Shown here: in pieces, positions 40,062 through 54,027 of the stretch
How positions within the stretch are numbered: the stretch's first letter is position 1
How the letters are laid out: every line of letters starts with the position of its first letter
Assembly (NCBI GenBank): GCA_050084515.1
Contig: CM114271.1
Coordinates: forward strand, 2,604,001 to 2,668,000
From: Blasia pusilla
Lineage: Eukaryota
Length of the DNA stretch: 64,000 bases
Reading direction: 5' to 3'
Notes under the pieces: model-generated
The model's input: only the letters and a program-made list of their open reading frames with translations
The model's database searches: none
What the model was told of the DNA's origin: nothing
Program-made: the position numbers and the translations under genes

Positions 40062-40960
40062 GTCTCTCTTTCTTCCTCCTCCTTGTCCCTCAATGACGCA
40101 AATCTCGAGGGCTGCTGCGCTGTGGACGCATTAGTGTCGCACTGAGGAGGAGGCAGAGAGCACCGGATCGCTTTGTCGCGATCCCATCCGCGTTATTCTT
40201 CCCTGTGCTCTCAGTCTCTCGCTACTTTCTCCTCCTCTTACCCTTCTGCGATCATCCCCATCGCCACTTCTTCTCTCCTCTCACCGAGCGATGCGGTCGC
40301 AGCAGCGGGGAAATCGTGGAGGCGAGGAAGCTCCGCCAAAGCGCGCTCTCGATTGATCGCTGGATTGATCGAGTACAGATTGCTTGCTTGATCCCTCCGG
40401 TTCATGGCGCACGCGAGCGAGTGACAGTAGACGGACATAAACAGAGGCTCCGGGCTGTTTCCTCAGAGCTACACCAATCGCCTGCGACGGTCGTGAGGAA
40501 TGTTCCCCTTGGATTCCTCCATGGGCTCCTTCGCTTGGGCTTCCCGCGATGCTTCCCAACCAACCGCCACGCATCTCCCTTCTGCGGTCGCATCGCGCAT
40601 ATCAACCGATCCCCAGTCCGCACCTCCTGCCATTTGCTCTCCTCCTCCTCCTCCTCCTCCTCCTCCTCTCGGGGCTCTTCTCCACATGTGTCTCCTTCCT
40701 CCCTCTCCGTCGTTTCCTCACAGTTCTGTACTCCCCTAATTCTTTTCCTCCGCCGCACAACAGTAATAATTCCCCTTTCTCCTTCGCAGACTTTCCTTTT
40801 CTCTCTCTCTCTCTCTTTCTCTGTGTCTGTCTTAAGTCGCTCTTGGACTTCCATTCGCGAAGCGCTGGCGATTTCTTTGGTGTGTGCTGTCTTCGGCTGC
40901 TGATCACGCTCTTGCGCAGGGACTCGATCGTCGTCTCTGGTGGGGGTTTTTCGTTCGAAG

Positions 40961-41051
40961 TCGGTCGCTAACTCGTCGTCGTCCGTCCGGAGTGGGTCGC
41001 TAGCTCGCCGTCGTTCGTTCGGAGTGGGTCGCTAACTCGTCGACGTCCGGA
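40961..41051. repeat. ~32-bp tandem repeat (about 3 units) at the upstream edge of the CorA leader
   Basis: GGTCGCTAACTCGTCGTCGTCCGTCCGGAGTG / GGTCGCTAGCTCGCCGTCGTTCGTTCGGAGTG / GGTCGCTAACTCGTCGACGTCCGGAG. Confidence 0.8.
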
Positions 41052-41559
41052 GCCCGCGGACGAAGGAGTTTCGAAGGACTCGGAAATTCGTGTAAATAAT
41101 AATAACATAACCTTTCTGATTTGATGACTGGATCTCGAGCCCGCGGACGGATTTTTGAGGAACGATTTGGATCATGATTCTTTTCTTATTATTACGAAAC
41201 CTCTCTTCGATTTTGGCACTTGTCCTGTCGACTCCTTATTCAAACAAAGGATCTTGAATAATTCAATTGTCTATTAATAATGGGTAATTTAAGATTTAAT
41301 ATTTTTCATTTCTAACTAGTGACCTGTTAATTTAAGCAAACGAGGAATTGGTCAATTTAAATCTATAAGTTACTTGGAGGATGCAGTTGTTTTTAACTCT
41401 CTTCTATATGTCAAGTGTCACAATATTTTTTGAAAATACTTTTGGTCATTTTAAGGGGGTCGTATATAAATTGGTAAGGAGAATGAGTTTAAACATGAGC
41501 TGTTAATAAGGTCCTTTACAAGTCCTTACTAGTAGCCTTTGAATTGTGGAAGGAGAAAC

Positions 41560-42000
41560 TAATTGGATAATCTTCTATGGGCAAAAGGAATTTATTAGTT
41601 TAAAATAATTTCAGAAAATGTCGTAAGAAAAGTGATTGACAACAGAAAAGAAAGGAAGATGGGGAAATAAGATTTTGTGGGCAAGAGGGATAAATTTTAT
41701 TAAAGTAATTTTAGAAATTGGTGCAAAAAAATTTATTTCAAAGTAGAATGTATGTGATAAACTAAGATGGGAAAAGATAATATTTTATGGGCAAGAGTAA
41801 TTCAATTGTTTAAAATAAGTTCATAAAAATTGTGTAAAAATTTTAACTCAAAGTATATATATGACACGAATAAACGAGGAGGGAGAAGACATCTTTTACA
41901 TGCGAGGGGAATTCATCTGTTTAAAATAATTTTAAGTAAATGGTGTAAGAAGATAAGTTTCAAAGTAGAATATACATGACATGAATAAAAGAAGATGGGG
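41560..42000. repeat. AT-rich degenerate tandem repeat, ~110-120-bp period, 3-4 units
   Basis: AAGATGGG, TGGGCAAGAG, TTTAAAATAA and TCAAAGTA recur. Confidence 0.55.
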
Positions 42001-42153
42001 GACCTATCTTCTTATACGAGGCGGGTCTTATTAAGTTGGAGAGCAGCAAGGCCACAACCCACTTAGGGGAGAGGGGGAAACCCCTAAATCTAACCTTACC
42101 AATAGAAGAAATGCCATTAGCAACGGTTAAAGAATCATGACAAGCAGTAGGAG

Positions 42154-45100
42154 TGTCGTGCGCCTACTCTCCTTGAACGTTAATCTTGTTTGTTGCGGAA
42201 GCGTGCGTTCAGTAGGTCACGCTCTCAACGCATCCAAACACGCACTTTGGTTAGCCGGGACTTGGATCAATCAGCGGGATTACTTTCCGAGCTCTCGTCT
42301 CGGACTCTCTCTTCAAGCTCAACCTTCCTAGTTTCACGGTTTCCAACACGGGCAAGTCTCGAAAGACTTGGGACATACTTACAGTCGGTTCGGGGAACTG
42401 AAAACGGCGTTTCGCGCCTAGCGGTTCCAACAGTCCGATGAACATCCAATGAGTTCCTCACCAAGACTTGTACGAAGTGAATCTCGGGTTGGAATCCAAG
42501 TGTGGCGTACAAAGTCCACTCCCTTGGATCAGGTTTGGGTTTCGGGTTTCCGCGCCAAACTCCCGTTTCATCCCATGCCTCTGAAACGCTGTTTGGCGCC
42601 CAAAGTGGGGTTTCGTTTCCCGAGACATCTCAGAGAAGGTACTCCCCTTGCTAGTACTTCTGGGGATCTCCGGGGCCCCTACATTTAGGAAAGACACCGG
42701 GCCTCATTGGCCCTCAACCCGATTGCTCTCTGAATCGTTTTCGGCCAATATCTCAGCCTGTACTTATGCGTTTGCTGAGATCTTTAGTGCGTTGGAAGCG
42801 TCTCAAGATCAGCTTTCCAACGCGCCCTTATTTGTCCCGAACGCATCTCGGAGCTCAACGTTATGGTCCTAAACACAGTCAGATTCTCCCAAACGCTAGC
42901 CGTGTTCCAAACTGGTTCTCACCTCTTTGGCAACCAACCTCCAAGACTCAACTCATCTCAAGTCTCGGCTCGCGTTTGGTCTAGGTTTCCTGGTCGCGAC
43001 CACTAACGCATGAAACGCACAACTCTGTTCCGCGTTTCGTCTCTTAGACTTTTCCAAGAGACTCTTCCAAACGCCTCTCCAAAGCGCAAACCTCGCGGCA
43101 TGAGTTCCTTTGAGTTCTGATGTTTCGCTTGGCGCGTATTTGGTGTTGTTTGGTTATGAGGGTCGCGACACTCACCCCTCCTTAGAAGGTTGATGTCCTC
43201 ATCAACGCAAACCTTATTGATGTTAAGTTCTGGGAAGCCAACCCCTTAACACAGAATCGCGTTCTGGTAGCTAACCCGCAATTCCTCTTTTTGGCTTAAG
43301 TCTTAGGTTGTCGCTTGCAGCACTTAGACTTATTAGCTTCTCTTTCTCACGAGCCTAGACTAGTTCTGCGGAACTAATCTAACTATCAAAATAAGCTCAC
43401 TAAGTGCGCAACCTAACACTTCACTCACTATTTGTAAACAACCACTTTGTCTACCTAGCCAACTCATTACTACTTTTGGGTCACTTGTACTCCACCTAGG
43501 CGCGTCACTAAGTTCAGTCATGAAACATGAATGAGATCACCACAAACCCCAAGACAGACTCATCTCCCTTCCGACGTTAGGGCGAGCCCAAATGCTAGTA
43601 CTTCAACACTTGGTCCTAATCTAGATGCCTTATCCGAATACAAGCTCTCACCTCAAATACTCATTGTTTGGTCTCCTTGACTTACATCCTAAGCATATGA
43701 AGAACTACTCATTGCCTTGCACAAACCAAACTCAAAATTACAATACAAGCATCGAATCTCCAAATCCATGTCTTCTTTATTGCAACAACTAAACCTTTCT
43801 AGTTACAACGGGTTATCGGCCCAAGCTTTCCGGTCACAAGTTATGTCCATTGCTTCACCATGTACTAACGCACGTGCCTTTCTTGCATCCATCTGAAGTC
43901 ACACAATGCTTCTTACGCATGTTCTAGATCCGCCTCCGCAATCCAAGTCGCCTCTTTCACATGATAGCCTTTCCACTTAACCAAGTACTAGTACTTGGTG
44001 GCCCTACGTCTGGAACGCAGAATAGTCTCAACCTCGAACTCTGGTTCCTCATTTTTGATGACCGGTTGTGGTCTCAACATCCTCCTTCGCTCCGGACGCA
44101 CATTGTCTTGAAGATACTTCTTCAATAATGACACATGGAAAGTCAGGTGAATCTTGAACTCGTTTGGCAACTCCAATGTGTACACATCCTCAAACGGCCT
44201 TGCCTTGATCACATACGGTCCAGCATACTTGGCTGACAATTTCGCGGACAATTCCTTCGGAAGAGTGAGATTCTTAACACTCAACCACACTTGTTCCCCA
44301 ACTTGGAAACTCACTTGGCGCCGACTTTTGTTAGCATGCTTTACGTACCTTAGTTGAGCCTTGGCGAGACTTTCTCTCGCTTCGCTCTGGTCGTTCTGCA
44401 TTTCCACTAACAAACATTCCGCCGTTGCTTGACGAGTGTGTGTCGATGTATTGCCCTTCGAAAAGAGCTAAGTCAAGAGGCCCTTCGGTTCTCTTTGATA
44501 CGCCAGAAGAAACGAAGATTCTCCGGTTGCAGAATGCTTAGTCGAGTTGTAACAATACTCAGCCATACTTAACCACTTGGCCCAATCTCTTTGGTCCGCA
44601 CTCACGTAATTCCATAAGTATTGGTTTACGATCGAGTTTAATTTTTCCGTTTGCCCATCCGTTTGAGGATGGAAGGCCGTACTAAAGCTGAGTTTGGTCT
44701 GGAACCTCATGAATAGATGTTTCCAAAAGGCACTGGTAAACTTTGGATCCCGATCGGACACAATGCTCCTAGGCAATCCGTGCGCACGCCACCAACCATC
44801 CAGGAATAGTCGGGGAAGTCGTGTAGGCCGTCGGACTCTCTCGTCGGCACAAACCTCCCCAACTTGCTAAACCGATCAACTATCACAAGTATAGCGTTGT
44901 ATCCCTCAGATTTTGGAAGACTCGTAATGAAATCCATGCTAATGCTTTGCAAGGGTCCCTCCGGGATTGGCAAAGGATGAAGTAAACCTTGTTTCTTCGC
45001 ATAAGACACGCGGTTTGCCTGGCGGAGTCACATGTTTTCACATATTGAGCAACATCTTCCTTCATGTTGGGCCGGAAGAACCTCTTAGAAAAAAAAAAAA

Positions 45101-48100
45101 AGCAAGAGTGGATTTCTCCCTTTGTGTCCCGCCAAAGGTCCATCATGACATTCCACAAACACCTTGGTCCATAGCTTGCCTTGGCCTACATAGATCTGCT
45201 CTGCTTAAACCTTAGCAAGCCGTGTCTCAAACTCAGATTGGCCACCTTCTCGCCCGCTTTAACTTCCCAAGGTACTCCTCGCTTGCTCATCCTTCATGTA
45301 TCCTTCACTTAATCCTTCTTTCCAGGTCTGTTTCATTAGGGAACATTGCTCTCAACACTTGTGTCGATGGCATGTGTTCATCCTGCGACTTAACGATCTG
45401 GAATGACATTATCTTTCCCGGCTTATGGATTAGCTCCACATTCATCAACGCCAAGGTATCATGCCACGAAGTTGTTTTTGCGCCACGCGATCCTGGGTCT
45501 CAAAATACTTGAGCGATATGTTATCGGTGAATACTCGAGTCTGTGAAGTCCCAAATAGTGACGCCACTTCCTCAAGCAATGAACCACCATAAAAACTCTT
45601 TCTCATGAGTAGGCCGTCTCCTTTCGTGTCGGTCAACTTCTTGCTTTCGTATGCTCTGGTCTCCCTTTTGCACCAACATTCTTGCAATCGCGAAATCACT
45701 AGCATCCGTGTGCACCTCGACGGTTGTTCAAACTCCGGAAGCTTGAGCGGTTCTGCGAGAGGATCTCTTTGACTCGATTGAACGCTTTATCCACTTCCTC
45801 GGTCCATGTAGTATTGGAAAACTTTGCGGTCCAATCCGTGAGAGGTTTCACTATGCCCGAAAAGTTCTTCACGTATGTCCGGTAAAACTGGACATCTCCA
45901 ATGAACCTTCTCATCCCCTTCACCGTGGAAGGCGGTTCCCATTCGGCAATCGCGCTCACCTTTTCCATGTCTGGACTCACTCCATCCGCACTAACCACAT
46001 GCCCCAAGAACTTGATCTTCGTCAAACCGAACTCACTCTCTTATCCGCATTCGCATACGACTTGTTCGCCTAAGTTTCTCAAACACCGTCTTCAAATGTC
46101 GAGCGTGCTCCTCTAGTGTCTTCGAATAGATGAGTATGTCATCTATATAGATGATCATAAACTCATCCGTCTCCTTGTGAAAGATGGAGTTCATCAAAGT
46201 GGTAAACGTCGGAGGCGCATTACAAAGACCGAAAGGCATTACTACAAACTCGAACGAACCGTATCTCGTCCCTGAGCAGTCTTCTCTACATCCGCCGGCA
46301 ATCCGAATCTGATAATATCCTGATTTCAGGTCAATCCGGCTGAAATACTTGGCACCCGACAATCGATCAAAGAGGTCATCCATCCTCGGTAGAGGATAGT
46401 TATTCCTTACCGTCACTTTATTCAGCGCCCGATAATCAACACAGAGTCTCAACTTCCCATCCTTCTTCTTTACAAAGAGGACGGGCGCCCCATAAGGTGA
46501 CTTGCTTGTTCGGATGTAACCCCTCTCTAGGAGTTCACCCAACTGTTTCTTCAACTCAGCAAGTTCCTCTTGATTCAACCTATATGGTGCCTTTGAAGGT
46601 GGTTGAGATCCTGGTATCACCTCAATCTTATGATCAACCGCCCTATGTGGTGGCAACTCAGTCGGAAGCTCCTTAGTCAACACATCTTCAAATTCTTTCA
46701 CAACTCTCTTGAGTGTTTCAGGGATCCCCCTTGAAGCTGAGTTCTGATCTCTGCGAAGCATCTGAGTGCGAAGCATCTGTATCAACGAGCAACATCACAT
46801 TGCGATTAGCAATCTTGGATCCTAGGTAAACCAAATTGGGCGTTCTCTTGGTGACTTGTAGAGATGTATCTAGATCTCCCTCCGATAAATGCTTAGCGGC
46901 AAACGCAATCATACTCGGTTTACTAACCTTGGGCCTAACACATTCCTTAGCCATATGCCCGGGTTCGCCACAATTGTAGCAAATCACTTTGGCATTCGCT
47001 GACTTCGTAAACGGCGGCCCCTTTGGCTTCGCGTTGAGTTCCACTCGTTTCGCCGCTGGGGCAAGAGACCCTCCATGGTCACGCTCACCCCCATTCCAAA
47101 CCCTCTTGGATGTCCCTTTGTTCTTCTGTAACTTAGAAAAACTTTTTGTCTCAAAGGGTTTCGGGTGTTGGACTTCATCGTCCCCAATCCGCTCGGCTAG
47201 TCTCAAGAGGTCCGCGCACGTCTCTGGGATGTGAGGCATACGAAAGAGAGCCTTCTTGGCACTCGGTTTGAGCCCACTTAGGAAGATCACCTTTTTAGTA
47301 TGTTCATCCGTGGAAAGTGCACTTATGAGCGCACTAAACTCTCGCACATAAGCGCCAAGTGATCCACTCGGCGCAACCTCACCACCTCCATGCCATCGCG
47401 GTACTCTGATATTCGGAGTGAATCGGTTCCCAATCAACTCCTTGAAATCTTCCCAACTCAACGTTTTCCCACGACCTAGATGTTCTTTGCGGTGAGCCGT
47501 CCACCAATGGAGAGCGTGATCCTTCGTAAACGTGACCGCTCTGATCACCTTGTCTTGTTCATCTGCTTTTGCGCTCGAAATAGAGTTCGAGTTCCGTTAG
47601 AAACTCGCTCACTTTCCGAACGCCCCATTCCTATGAATGGCGTTGGCAAATTAGTCTTACAAAGCTTCTTGCCGTAACTAGAGGCTCCATTTGACTTGAA
47701 TTCGATATCACCTTGCTCTGTTCAGCCATCTGGTCCGCCATCACCTTCATCAATCCCATCATTTGGGTATAAAAGGCCGGATCGTTTAAGTTTGGACCCA
47801 AAGGTCCCGCGGAAAGATTTTCGGTTGGAACATCCTCATGTCAGGACTCGGCACTTCGAGTCATAAATTCCACCTCCGGCTCTCGGTCCGTCATTGATTC
47901 GTCTCTTGGCTTTTTGCTTTGACTCGCGGTTTCCTCGATTCTTCGCCCTTGGTCGCCATTTTTCGTCGCCTTTTCTCAGATCTCCTCCTCGCCTCTTGCG
48001 TTCCTCCTCGGCGTCGCGGTCTTCCGGCTACCTTGAGTTCTCCCCAAACTTCCAGATCTTCAACGACCCCAAGTTCACGCTCATCAAGGAATTTCTCTGA

Positions 48101-49126
48101 TACCACGTGTCGTGCGCCTACTCTCCTTGAACGTTAATCTTGTTTTTTGCGGAAGCGTGCGTTCAGTAGGTCACGCTCTCAACGCATCCAAACACGCACT
48201 TTGGTTAGCCGGGACTTGGATCAATCAGCGGGATTACTTTCCGAGCTCTTGTCTCGGACTCTCTCTTCAAGCTCAACCTTCCTAGTTTCACGGTTTCCAA
48301 CACGGGCAAGTCTCGAAAGACTTGGGACAGACTTTCTGGTCGGTTCAGGAACCTGAAACGGCGTTTCGCGCCTAGCGGTTCCAACAGTCCGATGAACATC
48401 CAATGAGTTCCTCACCAAGACTGCACGAAGTGAATCTCGGGTTGGAATCCAAGTGTGGGCGTACAAAGTCCACTCCCTTGGATCAGGTTTGGGTTTGGGT
48501 TTCGCGCCAAACTCCCGTTTCATCCCATGCCTCAAACGCTATTTGTTTGGCGCCCAAAGTGGGTTTCGTTTCCGAGACATCTCAGAGAAGGTACTCCCCT
48601 TACTAGTACTTCTGGGGATCTCGGGGCCCCTACATTTAGGGAAAGACACCGGGCCCCTCCAATTGGCCCTCAACCCGATTGCTCTCTGAATCGTTTTCGG
48701 CCAATATCTCAGCCTGTACTTATGCGTTTGCTGAGATCTTTAGTGCGTTGGAAGCGTCTCAAGATCAGCTTTCCAACGCGCCCTTATTTGTCCCGAACGC
48801 ATCTCGGAGCTCAACGTTATGGGCCTAAACACAGTCAAATTCTCCCAAACGCTAGCCGTGTTCCAAACTGGTTCTCACCTCTTTGGCAACCAACCTCCAA
48901 GACTCAACTCATCTCAAGTCTCGGCTCGCGTTTGGTCTAGGTTTCCTGGTCGCGACCACTAACGCATGAAACGCACAACTCTGTTCCGCGTTTCGTCTCT
49001 TAGACTTTTCCAAGAGACTCTTCCAAACGCCTCTCCAAAGCGCAAACCTCGCGGCATGAGTTCCTTTGAGTTCTGATGTTTCGCTTGGCGCGTATTTGGT
49101 GTTGTTTGGTTATGAGGGTCGTGACA
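42154..49126 (-). mobile_element. Full-length Ty3/Gypsy chromovirus LTR retrotransposon (gag-PR-RT-RH-INT-chromodomain), frameshifted
   Basis: LTRs at 42154-43170 and 48108-49126 (TGTC...GACA) are near identical. TSD AGGAG at 42149-42153 and 49127-49131. PBS TGGTATCAGAG on the minus strand (48105-48095). PPT AAGGAGGGGTGAG (43183-43171). Motifs [47 protein letters not shown] and FEVETIL...YLVKWKGY. Confidence 0.97.
43912..47900 (-). pseudogene. gag-pol of the chromovirus, broken into many frames
   Basis: ORF pieces 46718-47548 (gag/PR), 46033-46785 (RT), 45699-46025, 44468-45009 (integrase) and 43988-44413 (GPY/F region and start of chromodomain). Confidence 0.9.
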
Positions 49127-51101
49127 AGGAGGGCCTCTAACAATCACGTTTCCCATAGCTTGAGCCCATTGTACATGCTCATTGGCTTGGGCACACTACA
49201 AAGTGTTGGACACTCGTTGTCAACAATATAAGAGTTGTCACGTCTCTTAGGATAGATCGGTGAGATCTAGTAGAGAGCCTTCGTGAGTAGCGGAGGACAG
49301 GCCCAGTAGGTCGAGGATGACCTGTTGAGTATGTGATCAACTTTCTATTTTTGGTAAGTGGCCCTTGACCTCCTACATGAGGTCAAGAGCCAAGGAGGTG
49401 ACTTGGGAGCATAGGTTACCATGGAGAGAGCTTGGGAGGAGGAAGGGGTATACCTCAAGGAGAGAGATTTAATCTTATTTTACAAAGAGAGAGTGAGAGA
49501 GCTTCTGTTTTTGCACGTTGGGGACCGTGTTCCCCGTTTAGCAGCTCACCGGAGCAAGGGCTGCTTTGATTGTTCTTTGCATTTGCCGATTTTTCGTGTG
49601 GAAGAGTGGCGCGCGGAAGCGTTGCCCAATTTCTGATAGGGATTGATTATGGGGGCAGGTTGCCCCATGCCGGTGCTCTCGGGAGCACCATGTAGCTTGC
49701 TGATTTGTATTTTTACAGGTTTTACATTTTTTTGAGGAGAAATCAGGGCGGAAGCGCAACCAAATTTTATGTAGGAGAAAGAGACATTGGGCTTCACGAC
49801 TGTCCCTGTCAGTTTTTACTCAAATGTTTGATTCCAAATATTTTTTATGATGTTGTAGATTTTGAAGTTTTGCACATTGTACAACAAACAATGCGCAATT
49901 TGAAGTTGCGAGCAAAAAGTTATGGTCAATCTTGCAAAACTTCCATTGCTAGGCGATTTTTAGGGTTAAATTGTTCAAACCCTAAACCAGCCGCCGCGCC
50001 AGCGGCAATTGTCTCCGTCATAGTCACCGTTAAGTTTCAACCATCACCGTCGATGCTCAACCGTCACCGTCACCGTCACCATCAACAGTCCGTCGTCACC
50101 ATTAATGGTCAACCGTCACCGTCAACGGTCCACCGTCCATCGTCGGTCGCTGCCGTCGCCTAGCGCTGCTCATAGCCACGTTCGGCCGTTGTCCACCCTT
50201 TGGTTTCTATTGCCGCCATTATGGAGTGGAGGGTCTTCCACGACCACCGTTGATTCTCTGACTTGCGCCGCCACCACGTACTTTGGTTTGGCCGCCACCG
50301 TCATCGCAGTTTCGTCATCAACCAGTGATGGTAGGTGACCTCGAGTTATGGTGTTTGAGTTTTTCATTTCATGTTTCTATGTTGTGATTGGTAGCTTCTC
50401 AACAACGATCGAGAACCGTGCCGTGACACCCATAGCCGCAACGCGCTGCCGATTGCCGCGTCGTGCCGCTCGTGGCCGCACCGCATTGTCTCGATCGCGG
50501 AGCCGCTCCTTCACTAAGGAGCAGAGCGTGTGAATTTTTGATTGAGTAGGGTATGCCGCCAAGTGCCGCACGCCATTCCTGAGTGCCGTGCCGTTTGTAG
50601 CCGCTCCGTGCCGCGAGTGCCGCACTGGACCATTGGACCTGCAACGCACATCGAGGAGGTTTGAGCACCGTCAATACGAGAGGAGTACGACTTGCTCATT
50701 GGAGGAGTTGTCTTTACGACCAAGTTGGGGTCGAGATTTGCAATTACCGAGGAGCGACATCAATATTATTGTCAGGTTACCCATTCTGGTCTCTTACCCT
50801 TCACGTATGAGGGATTTCCGAATATTGGGAAGTTATTTGGGATATTGGGTTTCGTGTTGATGCTAGGAGCATCGATGATGTATGGGTTTAGGGGACATAG
50901 ACTTGTGTGGGATGTCCAAAGTTGAGGATGGTTTGTTGATGAGATGATAGATAAGTGATTTTCCCCACCACGCTGCTTGTTGCCGCACAACACACGTCTT
51001 AGTGAGAGAGTGTAGATTGAGTGCCGCATGTTTAGTTTGAGTGATTGAGGGATTACTCGCGAGATTGAGAGTGATCGTGTGAGAGGGGCACAAGGGCCAT
51101 C

Positions 51102-53670
51102 ATGGCATCCTTTCGGGATTTTGAGAGGCGAGGTAGTGGACCTGAGAGTAGCTCAAGAGGGTTTACCCGGAGTGGTGCGAGGTTTCGAGGGTCTCCATGT
51201 GAAGGACCACCTCGATCTCCTTTTGTGTCATCTTCAAACGAGGGGGAGCGTGTAGAGGAGTGTGTTAGTGATCCACCGTACACATTGAGTGGTCGTTGGG
51301 CGTACGAGATGGACGACCGGGATAGAGGACCACGTAGGTTTTCGGATGCTATAGGCACTATAGAGCTACACGACTTCATTGCGGAGTTTAAGAGTTGGTG
51401 TGACTCACAACGGGCTAGGTATTGTAAAGAGTTCAACATGTTTACGACATGGAACGGTATGTTCTATTATTTAGAGGGGGCGCCCATGGACGATTACCAT
51501 GAGTTCTCCCACAGTTATGCCCAAGAGATTGAGGCATTGCGACTCTACTATGACCCACACTATGTGTCATAGACGGAGCCGTTCCCAGATGAGGAGGAGG
51601 AGTCAAGAGAGGTTATTTCCTCTTCCACTAGTGACATTTTAGGAGGGGTCTCTCTCACTGGAGCAGTTGCACCGTCTAGTCGGATTCGTCCCACGTTCAA
51701 CCTGTGGTTGAGTTCTTTGTTGAGTTGAGGGCAAGCTACCAGGAGGTACGGACGGAGAAGTTGCGGAGCATCCACAACTTCCAGAGGCGCCCGAGTGAGA
51801 GTTTGCTTGAGGCTTACACTCACTTGCGCCGGTTGATCAACGTCACTCAGGGGTGACAAAGGCTCAGGCTATCCAGTCATGGTACGCGATGTTGGACCGG
51901 ACCCTACAGACACGGGTACGGGAGGGGATGCTTCTTATGAACACCTCCCCTATATTGAGAGATGTTGTTAGGACTGTCAAGAACATTGAGCGCAATATGG
52001 AGGAGGAGAGCGTAGCCACCATGGGTTCTAGGCGAGAGCAGTCACGATTGTCTGCACCACATGTGCAGCAATGTGGACTTCGAGATAGGTCGAGTGTGGC
52101 ACCACGAGCTGAGGGAAGATACCGGGAGGGCGTGCCACAGAGACATGCGCCCTCATATGCGGCTTTGCAGCAGCCGCCTACTATTACTTGTTGGTCATGT
52201 GGTGGAGCCCATCATCAGCGCGATTGCACTCGTCAGGGTCACGGATGTATGCCTCAGCATGGAGGAGGAGATGTTGCTACACCAAGAGGTTATCAATGTG
52301 ACTATTGTCAGAGGTATGGTCATACACGCGCCAGGTGTTTCAGTTTACATCTTGAGTTACATGCGGACCAAGGGCTAGAGAGGGCACCAGAGCGAGTAGC
52401 CAGTCCGGGTGCGCTAGAGATCATGCACCAAGTGGTCTTGTTGGGGGACGAGGAGCTCGAGTTGCTCGACATGGTGGTGGAGCTGCTTATGGAGGAGGTA
52501 GAGTACAACCACCTAGACGCGCCGACAGAGACACCGGACGTGAGGCTGGGATGGCTGTTCAGATACAGCAGCTACATGAGCAAATTGCCGCTATGGCATT
52601 GAGGTTACTCGATGCCGGATCCGTAGAATCGACATCATATGGAGCAACCAGAGTTATGGAGGATCCTGGTTGGATGTGCGGGGTTGCCCAGATGGAGGCC
52701 GCCGCGGTTGTGACGCGTGGAGCAACCGCAAAGTTGGATCCACAGCGAGGGGAAGCCATGAAACACACTAGGCTTCCTCAGTCTTTCACGTTGTCCAAGG
52801 CGATGAGGACTCCATCCATGGGTCCTTATCAGAGTTCCTGGAGAGTTGGTGATGTTGTTAGTGTGCAGGCACGGAGAGCGATGGGAGAAGCAAGTGCGAC
52901 GACTCCTATTGTTGATGCTCATGAGGTGCATGTTTCGAGCACGTTGTTGGGGGCGGCCACTGTTGTGTACCGCACTCCTTTATTTTCTGCTTCCGATGTT
53001 ATGACGTTGGGGGGTACGTCGGCGAGGCTTTTCGGCTGGCCGCTTCACTATGTGAGCGCAGAGGTGGAGTTCCTGCATCATGTTCAGAGGTGATTGCAGA
53101 GGAGGTGATGGACCTGCCCTTGGAGCGAGTGATCGGCGCGTCCATGTCAGATTCATGGCAGGCTGTGGCTGCTAGGATGGCGGAGATGCCCGCTAGATCC
53201 GCGATAGAGCGTGCCATGGCTTCTCCTGGTGTTGTGTTGTTGGATAACTAGGGAGAGGTCTTCCACTTGGTGAGTCCCGGAGGTAGAGCTTTTAAGCCGC
53301 AGCGCGTCTTGTTGGATTTAGGAGCGCAACCCCTGATGTTGGGGAAAACGTCATTTAGAGGATTGGGCTTGACGAGAGTCAATGTGGAGCGTTGTCCATT
53401 CTGTGTACAGACATCCTTGGATGGCGCGAGTACCACACAGTATATCACCCGAGAGGAGTTCGTGGTGAGGATTCGCCCTGGACATCCTACAGATAAGTCG
53501 GTGGTGCGAGCCAAGGCGATAGTGATTGATGCAGAGTCCTACGACGTCTTAGTTGGTGGAGCAATGTTATACCCGATGGGGTTTTCCCTGGATTACTGGG
53601 AGGAGTCAGCGTCCTACACACCAGGATGGCAGTCAGATGATGGGCGCCTTAGCTCATTACACGTTTGATT
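51102..53670 (+). pseudogene. gag with two Cys/His knuckles and an aspartic protease (decayed)
   Basis: CWSCGGAHHQRDC and CDYCQRYGHTRARC lie in ORF 51853-52602. The protease RVLLDLGAQPLML...YDVLVG lies in ORF 53267-53668. Confidence 0.8.
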
Positions 53671-54027
53671 CACAAGTGCAATGATCGAGCGATGGCCAAG
53701 AGAGTGGCGACCTTAGCAACATTTAGCAGTGCCATCACTTGGCCTAGTGATTTGATTGAGGGACATGTCCATGCAGAAGATACCCCCGTTCGGGACATTT
53801 CTATGGAGAGGAGTGTTATGGTAGGCGCATCATTCCGTGGAGGAGAGGTGCGGTTGTGGGGCTCGACTGAGGAGCTTCGACGATTTGCAAATGAGCACGT
53901 GCAGACCGCGTGGAGCGAGATGTTTGCACCAAAGCGTGATGGGTCTGAGGAACCCGAGGTAGCAGGGAGTGCTACGCTGACACCCTTGGATACCACACCC
54001 ATTGTGTGGCGTATTCTGGAGGAGGAT

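Noticed and set aside
39684-40971. Overlapping 100-230-aa ORFs upstream of CorA
   Set aside because: This is the microsatellite-rich leader and intron, with no recognisable domains.
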